Assembly (NCBI GenBank): GCA_031265685.1
Contig: JAISCI010000045.1
Coordinates: 15,467 to 79,466, forward strand
Source of the DNA: Clostridiales bacterium
GTDB taxonomy: Bacteria > Bacillota > Clostridia > Lachnospirales > WRAX01
DNA: 64,000 bases
Direction: 5' to 3'
Below are positions 40,641 to 49,918 of the stretch, piece after piece (the stretch's first letter is position 1; each line of letters opens with the position of its first letter). Below the pieces are notes generated by a model. It searched no databases, was not told the origin of the DNA, and worked only from the letters and a program-made list of their open reading frames with translations. The translations under genes were made by a program, and so were the position numbers.

Positions 40641-41612
40641 ATCATCTTTAACGATAACCGAGGTTATCGCGACGGCGTTCCTGCCCTTGAATATACCCGG
40701 CTTCGCCTTGAACTTGCGGATATCCCCGACGAATATGTCGAGATCGTCGTTGGCGCGTCGGCCCAGCGGGATTATGTCCCCCGGGGCCAGCGACAGAAAA
40801 TCCGCTACCGTTATAGCTCCGCCGCCCACGACCGCCGTAAGCTGAACGCCCGTCTTCTCGAGCGAGTCCGATATGCCCGGCGCGAACGCGCCGTCTCCGC
40901 CGGATGACGCCCTGCCGAACCAGATCCGCGTGTTCAGCCTGTCGATAACCGGCTCTATGACGATATACGGCAGGCAGAAATTGATCCAGCCCGTCGTTTC
41001 GCCTATGCTGACGGACAGCGTGACGAGCGCGGTCATCTCGTGAGGCGCTATGATCTGGGCGAACTGAGAATTAGTCTCGAGCTTCGTTATCCTCGGCTCC
41101 ACCTTCGCGACGCTCTCCCAGGCTTCGGGGATGAACGACAGCATCTGCGTCAGCACGCGCTCGAGCAGTATCTTCTCAAGGTCCGAGAAATCGCGCGTTT
41201 TCTTAAGGCTAAGGCCCTGCCCGCCGAGTATCCGGTCGATCATGACATAGCCTATCTCGGTCGAAAGCTCCATTACGCACGTGCCCGAGAACGGCGCGAG
41301 GTCTATCATCGCCAGCGCGACAGGATTGACCAGCGTATTCTGGAACTCCTGGTAGCTGGCCTGTTCCGCGTTGGCGGCCTCCACGCTCACCGTAACGCGA
41401 AGATAGCCCGTCAGAAACGAGCTTATCATCCGCGCGTAATTATCGAACATAATATGAATCGAGCGCAGATGCTCCTTATTGAATTTGGACGGCCTGGCGA
41501 AGTCGTAGCTCTTGGCCTCGTGTCTCGGCTCCGGCGCGGGCGCTACGGATCCGCCGCTCGTAAGACTTCTCAGAAGCTCGTCTATTTCGCTTTGGGACAG
41601 TATGTCGCTCAA
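40638..41612 (-). CDS. fliM: flagellar motor switch protein FliM
   Basis: 324 aa, TTG start, MSDILSQSEIDELL CheY-binding N-terminus. SD GGAAAGGG upstream. Confidence 0.95.
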   Translation of the reverse strand: MSDILSQSEIDELLRSLTSGGSVAPAPEPRHEAKSYDFARPSKFNKEHLRSIHIMFDNYARMISSFLTGYLRVTVSVEAANAEQASYQEFQNTLVNPVALAMIDLAPFSGTCVMELSTEIGYVMIDRILGGQGLSLKKTRDFSDLEKILLERVLTQMLSFIPEAWESVAKVEPRITKLETNSQFAQIIAPHEMTALVTLSVSIGETTGWINFCLPYIVIEPVIDRLNTRIWFGRASSGGDGAFAPGISDSLEKTGVQLTAVVGGGAITVADFLSLAPGDIIPLGRRANDDLDIFVGDIRKFKAKPGIFKGRNAVAITSVIVKDD

Positions 41613-41639
41613 ATCTTACGACCCTTTCCGACCGCTGAT

Positions 41640-41666
41640 ACTGATTCCGTTTAGAACGGAATCAGT
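41640..41666. repeat. minimal hairpin (terminal arms only) at the fliL|fliM junction
   Basis: ACTGATTCCGTT-tag-AACGGAATCAGT, a 12-bp perfect stem that abuts the fliL stop (41667). The arms match those of 47056-47243. Confidence 0.8.
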
Positions 41667-42140
41667 TCAACCTATATACAGGGAGCGGATATATACCCGC
41701 GTTATCATGTCCGTCTCAAACGTCTCGCGCAGCGCCGCGAGTATCTTATCGCTGAGCGTCTCCGAGGCGTCCGCCCCGGACAGATCCTCGGCGGTGCATT
41801 TACGGATCACCGACAGCACCGCGGATTTAATCGCCGCATCGGATTCCGCCAGCTCGCCCATAATAGCCTCGTTCGCCTTTTTGTCGGCGGCCGAAACCGT
41901 GAAGCTAACGTCGGTGGAAATGACGTGATCCTTCCCGTCCCGCCCTTTAAGCAGATTGGTCTTGAACGAGTCCTTGATGTCGTATGTCGTTACCGGTATG
42001 TTCTCCTTATCCGCGGGCGGCGCGCCGGATTCCCGCCCCGAAAACGCGCCCACGGTGTATATCGTCAGCCCGGCCAGCCCGCCGAGAATGACGATAAGCA
42101 GCGCAATGATCACTATCATCAATGGTTTGCCCTTATCCAT
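41667..42140 (-). CDS. fliL: flagellar basal-body-associated protein FliL
   Basis: ATG 42140 (MDKGKPLMIVIIALLIVILGG) with SD GGAG 8 nt upstream; the ORF track starts at 42158. Single TM plus a FliL-type C-terminus. Confidence 0.85.
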   Translation of the reverse strand: MDKGKPLMIVIIALLIVILGGLAGLTIYTVGAFSGRESGAPPADKENIPVTTYDIKDSFKTNLLKGRDGKDHVISTDVSFTVSAADKKANEAIMGELAESDAAIKSAVLSVIRKCTAEDLSGADASETLSDKILAALRETFETDMITRVYIRSLYIG

Positions 42141-42159
42141 GAACACCGCTCCATTCATC

Positions 42160-42324
42160 CTAATCCCGTTTTAGAGTACAGACAATATTTTTCAAGTCCG
42201 CGCCTTAACCAAGGTCATTTTCGCGTGACAGAAGTTTGCCTGGTTCACGCAAACTTCATCCATACGAAAATTCATTGCGCGCGCCGCTTTGAAAAATCTT
42301 GTCCGCTGATTTAATCGGGATTAG
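42160..42324. repeat. fold-back element at the motB|fliL junction (TAATCC-type termini)
   Basis: CTAATCCCG (42160-42168) pairs with CGGGATTAG (42316-42324). Inner arms are ATATTTTTCAAG and TTGAAAAAT. Core is GAAGTTTGC-ctggttcac-GCAAACTTC at 42231-42257. The right arm lies inside the last motB codons. Confidence 0.85.
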
Positions 42325-43024
42325 TAATATCCGCGTTTCCGCCGATTACCTTGATCTCGACTCTGCGGTTTTTTTCGCGCCCCTCGGGCGTGCCGTTCGA
42401 TTCGCGCGGGCGCCACTCGCCGTAGCCGACGGGCTTTAGTCGGGCGGGATCGACGCCATTCTCGGCGAAGAACGCCGCGACGCCCGCCGCCCTCGCGCAC
42501 GACAGAACCCAGTTGTCCTTCCACTGCCCGGACAGCACCGGCAGATCGTCGGCATGGCCCTCTATCTCCACCGCCGAACCGGGATACCCCGAGAGCGCCG
42601 CCGCCACTTCCATAAGCAGCGCCCGGGCGGAGCCGTTCAGCTCGGCGCTGTCCGCCTCGAACAGTATGTCGCCGGGCAGAGCCGCGCGGACGTACTCCCC
42701 GCCGACTATCTCCACTTCCGCGCCCCGCGCCGACAGCCTGCCGAAAGCTTCGGCTATGTCCGCCGCTACTTTCTCGAGAGCTGACGTTTCGGTTTCGGCC
42801 GCCGGGGATTCGGACGTAACCTCGGGCGTCACGGGCGGCGGTCCCGCCGGAAGATCCTCCGCTCCGATTTCAATAACCGCGGTTTCTACCGGTTCGACGA
42901 AGTCCGACAACTGAACGCCCGAAGCGCTGAGGAAGACGAAGAAACACAGCAGCAGCGTCGCCACGTCCGCGTATGTTACCAGCCAGCCGTTTTTGTCAGA
43001 CGGCGGCTTTTTCTTTGACGGCAT
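42311..43024 (-). CDS. motB: flagellar stator protein MotB (OmpA-like C-terminus)
   Basis: 237 aa. WLVTYADVATLLLCFFVF plug/TM region with the conserved Asp; an OmpA-like domain ending NRRVEIKV, followed by an added tail. Confidence 0.9.
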   Translation of the reverse strand: MPSKKKPPSDKNGWLVTYADVATLLLCFFVFLSASGVQLSDFVEPVETAVIEIGAEDLPAGPPPVTPEVTSESPAAETETSALEKVAADIAEAFGRLSARGAEVEIVGGEYVRAALPGDILFEADSAELNGSARALLMEVAAALSGYPGSAVEIEGHADDLPVLSGQWKDNWVLSCARAAGVAAFFAENGVDPARLKPVGYGEWRPRESNGTPEGREKNRRVEIKVIGGNADITNPD

Positions 43025-43766
43025 CCCTGAACCGCTCCTCCACGTCCCTTGGCGGCCTGCCGTCCCTGACGTCCGCCACCGCTTCGGCGATGACCCGCAT
43101 CAGCCCTGTCTCCGTCTCGTTAAGCAGCGTCAGCCTGCCCGCGATCGGCTCGGCGGCGAAATGCGATATTATAACGCCGTAGAACGTCGTTATAAGCGCC
43201 GTCGCCATCTTGGGACCCAGCGCCGCCGTGTTGGTAAGGTCGTTTAGCATCAGCACCAGGCCGATCAGCGTTCCGATCATGCCCCAGGCGGGCGCGGCCT
43301 TCGCGATATATTCCCAGACGGCGCGAACCCTCTGGTGACGCTCGTCGGTACGCGCTATGGCGGTCTCCATGGCGGCGCGTATCTCGCCCGCTCCCGCCCC
43401 GTCCGCGACCATCAGCAGGCCGCCGCGCACAAACCCGTCGTCCACGGCCTGGGCGGCTTCCTCCAGCCGGAGTATCTGCCCGCGCCGCGCCAGACGCGCG
43501 ATCCGCGTCAGTTCTTCGGCCGCCGCGCCCGCGTCGCGCGCGTCCGGGCGGAAAACTTTCCGGGCCGCCCGGAAGGCGTTCATAATATCGCCGACGGGGT
43601 GGGCGATGAGCGTTCCGGCGGCGCACCCGCCAAAGACGATCAGAATCGACGCCGGGTCGAAGAACGACTTCAGCGTAAGCCACACGTCGAACCCCGTCCC
43701 GAGCAGAACCGAAAACACTATGAACACGAACCCCGCCGCGAAGCCGATCACCGCCGAAAGCTCCAT
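42996..43766 (-). CDS. motA: flagellar stator protein MotA
   Basis: 256 aa, 4 TM. C-terminal segment of MotA/TolQ/ExbB type (APAWGMIGTLIGLVLML). Confidence 0.9.
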   Translation of the reverse strand: MELSAVIGFAAGFVFIVFSVLLGTGFDVWLTLKSFFDPASILIVFGGCAAGTLIAHPVGDIMNAFRAARKVFRPDARDAGAAAEELTRIARLARRGQILRLEEAAQAVDDGFVRGGLLMVADGAGAGEIRAAMETAIARTDERHQRVRAVWEYIAKAAPAWGMIGTLIGLVLMLNDLTNTAALGPKMATALITTFYGVIISHFAAEPIAGRLTLLNETETGLMRVIAEAVADVRDGRPPRDVEERFRDAVKEKAAV

Positions 43767-43782
43767 CTTATCGCCTTACTCC

Positions 43783-45204
43783 CTATCTCTTGAGATTGAC
43801 CAGTTCCTGCAGCATGTCGTCGCTGGTCGTTATGACGCGCGAATTGGCTTGGAAACCGCGCTGCGTCGTTATCATCTCGGTAAATTCCTGCGCCAGGTCC
43901 ACGTTGGACATCTCCAGGACGCCCGCCATGATGTCGCTGCCCGCGCCCGCCTCCACGCCGACGCCGTCGAAGTCGCCGGAGTTGGACGTCGCGCGGTACA
44001 GGTTGTCGCCGATGCGCTCGAGGCCCGTCGGGTTCTTAAACTGTGCCAAAGCCACCTGCCACAGCACCTTCGACTGACCGTTTGAGTAGTACCCCGTCAC
44101 CTTGCCGTCCGACCCTATCGAGATACCGTTCAGCACTCCGCTGACGTTGCCGTCCACTGTGACGGCGGAGGCCGTGGCGATGCCGCTGAACTGCGTAAGC
44201 TCGCCCGTCGAGACGATTATGCTCGGCGCGAAGTTGGCCGGGGGGCTGATGACGCCCGCCGAGTCGTCCACGACCAGCTGCAGCGACGTTATCGAGCCGG
44301 ACGCCGCGCCCGAGGCTATGTCCGGCAGTCCGTCGGCGGTGAACTTTATCACCGCGCCCGGAGCGTCCGTGAAGGTGACTGGGCTGGCGCTGTCCGCCGC
44401 CGTGGCCGCGCGCGTCGTAAGCTGGGCCGCCACGGAGTTTCCGCCGGCCAAATCGCTCGCGATGCCCGTCCCCGCGCCTATATTCAGCATGACCACGCTG
44501 TTCGGGTCGCCGTTTACCGTGGCGCGGTCGGCCAGCGCCACGCTCCACTGCTTGTTCGTGTCGTCGTAGCGCAGCCGCGCCTTTATCGTGTATTCGTTGC
44601 CAAGCGAATCGAAGAACGATATGCTCGTCTCCTTCTCCTTGTCGGTGACGGCGTTCAGGTTGCCCGTCAGCCGCACGTAGCTCGTCGAGTTCGGCATGAC
44701 GTACTCGTCGTCCCCCGATATCTGGATGCCGCGCGTGTTGGTCTTGGGTACCTCGCGCGTGCCGGGGATCGTCCCGTCGATCGCCTTCCAGCCGTTCAGG
44801 ATCAGCCCGGACGACGTGACCAGGTTGCCGCTCTCGTCCAGGCGGAAGGCCCCGGCCCGCGTGAAGTATGTACCGCTGCCGTCGGAGACGATGAAGAAGC
44901 CTTCGCCCTGGATCATCAGGTCATAAGGGTTGTCGGTGCGCTGGGCGGCGCCGTTGGTCATCGACTGGTCGATCGAGGCCACGTTCGAGCCAAGCCCGAT
45001 CTGCATCGGGTTGCGCCCGCCGCGCGCCGTGTTCGGGTTCGCGCCCGAAGCGCCCTGAACGGTCTGGCTGAATATCTCGGAGAACGTGACGCGGCTCGAC
45101 TTGAAGCCCGTCGTGTTCACGTTCGAGATGTTGTTGGCGATAACGTCCATCTTTGTCTGATGGACGCGCAGTCCGGACACACCGGAAAACATTGAACGCA
45201 TCAT
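43783..45204 (-). CDS. flgE: flagellar hook protein FlgE
   Basis: 473 aa with MMRSMFSGVSGLRVHQTKMDVIANNISNVNTTGFK at the N-terminus and the conserved C-terminus LEMSNVDLAQEFTEMITTQRGFQAN. Confidence 0.95.
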   Translation of the reverse strand: MMRSMFSGVSGLRVHQTKMDVIANNISNVNTTGFKSSRVTFSEIFSQTVQGASGANPNTARGGRNPMQIGLGSNVASIDQSMTNGAAQRTDNPYDLMIQGEGFFIVSDGSGTYFTRAGAFRLDESGNLVTSSGLILNGWKAIDGTIPGTREVPKTNTRGIQISGDDEYVMPNSTSYVRLTGNLNAVTDKEKETSISFFDSLGNEYTIKARLRYDDTNKQWSVALADRATVNGDPNSVVMLNIGAGTGIASDLAGGNSVAAQLTTRAATAADSASPVTFTDAPGAVIKFTADGLPDIASGAASGSITSLQLVVDDSAGVISPPANFAPSIIVSTGELTQFSGIATASAVTVDGNVSGVLNGISIGSDGKVTGYYSNGQSKVLWQVALAQFKNPTGLERIGDNLYRATSNSGDFDGVGVEAGAGSDIMAGVLEMSNVDLAQEFTEMITTQRGFQANSRVITTSDDMLQELVNLKR

Positions 45205-45764
45205 ACCGCTTCCGCCTCCCCCGTCTGTTCCGCCGTGTCCGCCGCCTGTTCCGGCTCGTCAGCCGTCTTTTCCGGCTCGTAAGCCGTCTTTTCCGGCTCG
45301 TAAGCCGTCTTCCCGGAACCGCCGATTATATCGGCCAGTTCCTGGTCGAATATATACACCACGTCGGACAAGCTGATCTCCGACCCGCCGACCACGAGAT
45401 ACGGCGTATTGTTCCTCATCGACACCGCGTCCACGCGCCCGCCGACCGAATAGACAGTCCCCGTAACCGTGTCGGCTACGTCCGCCGCGATATACTTTCC
45501 GATCATCGCGAACGACTGGGAGCTGACCATGGCGGCGTTCATGTTCTGCATCTGCTCCAGCGCCGAGAACTGCGCCATCTGCGCGATAAACGTCTTATCG
45601 TCCGTCGGGTTCAGCGGGTCCTGATACTGAAGCTGCGTCACGAGCAGCCGCAGGAAGTCGTCCTTGCCCAGATCGTTTCCCGTTTTGGCCGCCGTCCGGC
45701 CCGTCTCCGCCAGCCCGGGCGCGTATGTCCCGACGAGCGCCGAATTCGTTAGCGTTTCCGCCAT
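45201..45764 (-). CDS. flgD: flagellar hook assembly (capping) protein FlgD
   Basis: 187 aa with FLRLLVTQLQYQDPLNP and FIAQMAQFSALEQMQNMN motifs. The C-terminal tail carries 7-aa repeats. Confidence 0.9.
   Translation of the reverse strand: MAETLTNSALVGTYAPGLAETGRTAAKTGNDLGKDDFLRLLVTQLQYQDPLNPTDDKTFIAQMAQFSALEQMQNMNAAMVSSQSFAMIGKYIAADVADTVTGTVYSVGGRVDAVSMRNNTPYLVVGGSEISLSDVVYIFDQELADIIGGSGKTAYEPEKTAYEPEKTADEPEQAADTAEQTGEAEAV
45249..45311. repeat. 3 x 21-bp tandem repeat in the flgD 3' end
   Basis: TTCCGGCTCGT(C/A)AGCCGTCTT three times in a row. It encodes KTAYEPE/KTAYEPE/KTADEPE in the flgD frame. Confidence 0.9.
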
Positions 45765-45775
45765 GTTCGTCCCCC

Positions 45776-47035
45776 CTATGCCGTGTAGTTTACTATAGCG
45801 TCGGTGTGCGCGGCGGCTTCCGAGTATCCCGAAGATGCCGCCAGGGTATCCGCCAGGCGGCGCCGATACCCCGGGCGGTACCCGGACCGGCTGTCGCGCC
45901 CGCCCGCCTTTTCGCCGCCGACTGAAACCGACATGCTCTGTATATTGACGCCCTGGCGGGACAACTCCTCGCGAAGGCTGTTAAAACCCGCTTCCAGCGT
46001 CTCCTTGACGCGCTGGTTCTCCGCCACGAACTGTGCCGTGACCACGCCGTTACGCTCCGTGATCCTCATCGTCACGTCGCCCAGCGACTCCGGGCGCAGC
46101 GTCACGCGCACTTCCCGCGTGTCGCCCCGATACTCGACCTTCAGCCTGTCGATAACCTGAGCCACGGGGTCCTTGGGTATATCCGGCGCCGCGGCGGGGA
46201 TATCGGCGGCGGGTTCCGGCGCCCGCGCGGAAACCGCAGGGATTACGTTCGCCGTCCGGACCGGGGTTTCCTGAATAAACGCCGCGTCCGGACCGTACTC
46301 GCGCTCTTCGCCGCTCTCGCTCCGGGGCTTTTCGACCGAGGCTGGAGCGGCAGCTTCCCGGCTCGGGAGCCTGGCGGGATCTTCGGCCGGACGTTCCGCC
46401 GGGTCTTCCGCGTCCGCGTCGGTTACGGGCGCTTCGGCCGTATCCGCGCGGATGAAATTCGGCTTGCCTATGGCGTCGGCTTTCCCGTCCGGCTTCGTCC
46501 TTACGGCTGATGCCTCCGCCGCGTCATTATAACCGGCAAGAATATTATTCGTTATATCGGCTGTATCGGCGGCTGTGGGAGCCGATTCCGGATCCGTCTC
46601 GGCGGATACCTCCGCGACCCGGGCCGCAAACGCCGCCAGCTTCTCCGGCATTATCAGCTCGAGCGGCCTCGCGCTGACCGCCGCCAGCGCCTGCATGATG
46701 ATTTCCGCCGGAAGACCCAGCGCCGCCGCCAGTTTTTCGATTATTTCCTGGGAAACGCCATCATCTTCCTGCTTCTTCTCGCCGCCGTCCCGCTTGACCG
46801 GCGGTTTTCGCGACGGCTTTTCGGCTTGGGCTTCGGTTTCGGGCTTCTCGGCCGCTTCGTCTGTTTTGGGCTGGCCGGCCCGCTCCTTCGTGGCGTCCGC
46901 GCGATTCGCTGATTGTTTCTCCGTCTGGACCCTGCCGAGGTATTCGCCGAAGCCTTCCTCCGGCCTTACCGGCCTTACGGAAGCCGCCGACGGTATGCCG
47001 CCAATCGCGCCGCCGAACAATTCCGTCACTGTCAT
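45776..47035 (-). CDS. fliK: flagellar hook-length control protein FliK
   Basis: 419 aa. Ala/Pro/Glu-rich low-complexity ruler plus a C-terminal Flg_hook-type domain (VRVTLRPESLGDVTMRI..VTAQFVAENQRVKETLE). Confidence 0.85.
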   Translation of the reverse strand: MTVTELFGGAIGGIPSAASVRPVRPEEGFGEYLGRVQTEKQSANRADATKERAGQPKTDEAAEKPETEAQAEKPSRKPPVKRDGGEKKQEDDGVSQEIIEKLAAALGLPAEIIMQALAAVSARPLELIMPEKLAAFAARVAEVSAETDPESAPTAADTADITNNILAGYNDAAEASAVRTKPDGKADAIGKPNFIRADTAEAPVTDADAEDPAERPAEDPARLPSREAAAPASVEKPRSESGEEREYGPDAAFIQETPVRTANVIPAVSARAPEPAADIPAAAPDIPKDPVAQVIDRLKVEYRGDTREVRVTLRPESLGDVTMRITERNGVVTAQFVAENQRVKETLEAGFNSLREELSRQGVNIQSMSVSVGGEKAGGRDSRSGYRPGYRRRLADTLAASSGYSEAAAHTDAIVNYTA

Positions 47036-47055
47036 AGCGCCACATCCTTGTCTGT

Positions 47056-47243
47056 TATACTGATTCCATTTTGATCGACGTTTGATGTTGTCTTAGACAA
47101 CATCAAGCCGTCTTCTTGAAGGACGCCGAATATTTTTTCGGTCCGCGCCTGAAGCCGCGCGGTGGAAGTTTGCGTGGACCAAACAAACTTCCGACGCGCA
47201 AGCTCGAAAAAATATTCGGCACAAATCTAAATGGAATCAGTAT
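47056..47243. repeat. fold-back element at the ylxF-like|fliK junction (longest flagellar copy)
   Basis: TATACTGATTCCATTT (47056-47071) pairs with AAATGGAATCAGTAT (47229-47243). Palindrome GATGTTGTC-tta-GACAACATC lies at 47084-47104. Inner arms are CCGAATATTTTTTCGG and CGAAAAAATATTCGG. Core is GGAAGTTTGC-gtggaccaa-ACAAACTTCC at 47164-47192. Confidence 0.85.
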
Positions 47244-48025
47244 CAATCCGGCGACATGAATTTCGCGGCGGCGGCGGCGTTGTCCGGATCCATCTCCGCC
47301 ATAATCCCGCCCCTTGCCGCCGCGTTCATGCCGAGCAGTATCCTCGTAACCAGATCCATCTCCGTCGCCGTCAACCGGTCCAATATTCTCGCGGCGCTTG
47401 CCTCGTCCATCTCGGCGAACGCCGCCACGTAGTCCCGCGCCGCCTTGTCCGCGTCCCGGATCGCGGCGGCCTTGGGGTAGAGCGATTCCGCCGTCTGCGG
47501 GTTGATCCGCTCGTAGAAGTCGGCATACGCGGAAGGACTGCCCATCGCGATCTTCTCGTCGAACTCGGCCGCGCGGGCGTTTATCTCCGGCTCTTTCGCC
47601 AGCGCCTCGCTAAGGCGCCCGCGCAGGTTCGTTATCTCATCGACATATATATCGGTTTTTCCATTCAGTGTCTCAATTTCTTCTTTATATTTTAATATTT
47701 CGGACTCCATCCCGGCGATCCGCGCCGCGGCTTCCCCCGGGGAGAGCGCCTGTTCCCCGGGCGGTTCCGGAGACAGCATATTGCCGATTATCGGTATTTT
47801 CCGGACAATGCCCGGTATCGTCCTCGTGCGGACGCCGCCGGCGTCTAACGCGACGACCAGCGCCGACGCCCCGATCAGCGCCGTGATAACCAGAACCGGA
47901 ATCAGCGCGCCGCGCCGCTTGCGCTTTACCGACCGCCCGGCGGATTTCCCCGGGGACGCCCCCGCGCCGAACCGCGCGTCCGCCCCGCCCGCCGCCGAGC
48001 GCTCCTTAACCGCCGTATCAGCCAT
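47243..48025 (-). CDS. YlxF/MotE-like flagellar operon protein with an MgtE_N-like domain
   Basis: 260 aa. N-terminal TM, coiled coil, and C-terminal FAEMDEASAARILDRL..ILLGMNAAARGGIMAEMDP. Position between fliJ and fliK, as for B. subtilis ylxF. Confidence 0.65.
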   Translation of the reverse strand: MADTAVKERSAAGGADARFGAGASPGKSAGRSVKRKRRGALIPVLVITALIGASALVVALDAGGVRTRTIPGIVRKIPIIGNMLSPEPPGEQALSPGEAAARIAGMESEILKYKEEIETLNGKTDIYVDEITNLRGRLSEALAKEPEINARAAEFDEKIAMGSPSAYADFYERINPQTAESLYPKAAAIRDADKAARDYVAAFAEMDEASAARILDRLTATEMDLVTRILLGMNAAARGGIMAEMDPDNAAAAAKFMSPD

Positions 48026-48466
48026 CTACTCACCCCTAAAGAACCTGTACGACCCAACCTCGTCGGAGATCTTCTGTTCGCTCCGTTTCTCGGCTTCGTT
48101 ATATTCCTCGCGCTTCCTGTCGCGCAGCGTCTCCAGCGCCTTCCTGTCGCGCATACGCTCTATCAGCTCTTCGCGGCGCTCGTCAGCCGCCCGCGCCGCT
48201 TCGCTCACGGCTTTGTCCTGCCTGGCGGCGTCCGAGCGCAGCCGCGCCATATATCCGCCGTACAGCAGCAGTTCCCCGGGCGAAGGACGTTCCCGCGCCG
48301 CGTCGCGGAAGGATTCCAGCCCTTCGGACTGTCTTTCGGAGATCTCCGCGCGGACGTGTTTTTGCCGCTCCAGTTCGGCCACGGCGCGTCCGTATTCGTT
48401 TTTTTTCTGGTTCTCCAGCTTCTCTCGGACGCCGAGCAGGCCGCCCAGCCGGAACCGAAACGCCAT
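48026..48466 (-). CDS. fliJ: flagellar export chaperone-like protein FliJ
   Basis: 146 aa coiled coil beginning MAFRFRLGGLLGVREKLENQKKNEY; position after fliI. Confidence 0.85.
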   Translation of the reverse strand: MAFRFRLGGLLGVREKLENQKKNEYGRAVAELERQKHVRAEISERQSEGLESFRDAARERPSPGELLLYGGYMARLRSDAARQDKAVSEAARAADERREELIERMRDRKALETLRDRKREEYNEAEKRSEQKISDEVGSYRFFRGE

Positions 48467-48480
48467 GCGATCACTTCTCT

Positions 48481-48605
48481 TAATCCTATTTAGATTTGTA
48501 GATAAAATTTTTCAAGCGTCCGCGCGGTTTTGAAGTTTGCTTGGTTCACGCAAACTTCTCAGGCGCGGACTGGAAAATTTTTATCCGTCCTTTAGAATAG
48601 GATTA
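48481..48605. repeat. fold-back element at the fliI|fliJ junction (TAATCC-type termini)
   Basis: TAATCCTATT (48481-48490) pairs with AATAGGATTA (48596-48605). Inner arms are AAAATTTTTCAAG and GGAAAATTTTT. Core is GAAGTTTGC-ttggttcac-GCAAACTTC at 48532-48558. The right 25 nt lie inside the fliI 3' end. Confidence 0.85.
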
Positions 48606-49918
48606 GTCTTCAATATTTGTTCCATCCGTTCTACCGTCTCGCCGAAATCGGCCTTCTCGTCGGTTCTCTGCGTCAGGAACGCCTTTATACCGGCGTTTTT
48701 GGCGACGGCCTCGTCTATCTCCGCGCTCGCGCCCTTGGCGTAGGCCCCTATGTTTATTAGATCCTCGGCGTCGGCGTAGACGGCCATCAGACGCTTTATC
48801 TCGCGTGCGGCGGCCTTGTGCCCGTCCGACGCGACGTCGCCCATGACGCGGCTCACGCTCGCGAGAACGTCTATCGCGGGGTAGTGGTTCCTGTTCGCCA
48901 GCTTGCGCGACAGCACGATATGCCCGTCGAGTATCCCGCGCGACGTGTCCGTTACGGGTTCGGTCAGGTCGTCGCCGTCCACGAGGACGGTGTATATGCC
49001 CGTTATCGAGCCTTTCGCGCCCTTGCCAGCCCGTTCCAGAAGCTTCGGCAGGGCGGCGTATACCGACGGCGTGTACCCCCGGCTTACCGGCGGTTCGCCT
49101 GTCGCGAGACCCACCTCGCGCTGCGCCATCGCGTACCGCGTCAGCGAGTCCATCATGAGCAGCACGTCCCGGCCGCCGGCGCGGAAATACTCGGCTATGG
49201 CCGTCGCCGTCTCGGCGGCTTTCAGGCGTATGAGCGCGGGCTTGTCGCTTGTCGCCACGACCAGCACGGAACGGGCCAGTCCTTCCTCACCCAAATCCTT
49301 CTCGATGAATTCCTTTACTTCCCTGCCGCGCTCGCCGATCAGCGCGATGACGTTGATCCCGGCCCTGGTATTCCGGGCTATCATGCCCATCAGCGTGGAC
49401 TTGCCCACGCCGGATCCCGCGAATATGCCGATCCTCTGGCCTTTGGCGACGGTGATAAGCCCATCCAACGCGCGCACGCCCAGCGGCAGCGGATCGGTGA
49501 TCCGCGCGCGCTCCATAGGGTCGGGCGGGGTATTCGCTATTGGGACGGGAACGCCCGCGACGGCGCTCTTGCCGTCCGACGGCGCCCCAAGCCCGTCGAG
49601 CACGCGCCCAAGCAGAGCGTCCGAAACAGTCACGGATAACGGCTCGTCGCTGGCTTCCACCGCCGAACCGGGACCTATGCCCGAAATATCGCCGAGCGGC
49701 ATGAGCAGTATCCGGCTGCCGCCGAAACCGACCACTTCCGCCGGGACGGGCTGCGCGCGCTTGCCTGCGCGGATGAGGCAGCGGCTGCCGATCGGAACGT
49801 CCGGCCCGACCGACTCTATCGTCAGTCCGGCTACCCGCTCGACGCGTCCGGCGCGCTTTATCAGGCTTTTCGCTATCGCCGCGCGGTATTTATATACGTC
49901 AACCGCCGTCGTCCCCAC
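48581..49918 (-). CDS. fliI: flagellum-specific ATPase FliI
   Basis: 445 aa with Walker A GSGVGKST and Walker B LLMMDS. Confidence 0.95.
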   Translation of the reverse strand: MGTTAVDVYKYRAAIAKSLIKRAGRVERVAGLTIESVGPDVPIGSRCLIRAGKRAQPVPAEVVGFGGSRILLMPLGDISGIGPGSAVEASDEPLSVTVSDALLGRVLDGLGAPSDGKSAVAGVPVPIANTPPDPMERARITDPLPLGVRALDGLITVAKGQRIGIFAGSGVGKSTLMGMIARNTRAGINVIALIGERGREVKEFIEKDLGEEGLARSVLVVATSDKPALIRLKAAETATAIAEYFRAGGRDVLLMMDSLTRYAMAQREVGLATGEPPVSRGYTPSVYAALPKLLERAGKGAKGSITGIYTVLVDGDDLTEPVTDTSRGILDGHIVLSRKLANRNHYPAIDVLASVSRVMGDVASDGHKAAAREIKRLMAVYADAEDLINIGAYAKGASAEIDEAVAKNAGIKAFLTQRTDEKADFGETVERMEQILKTNPILKDG

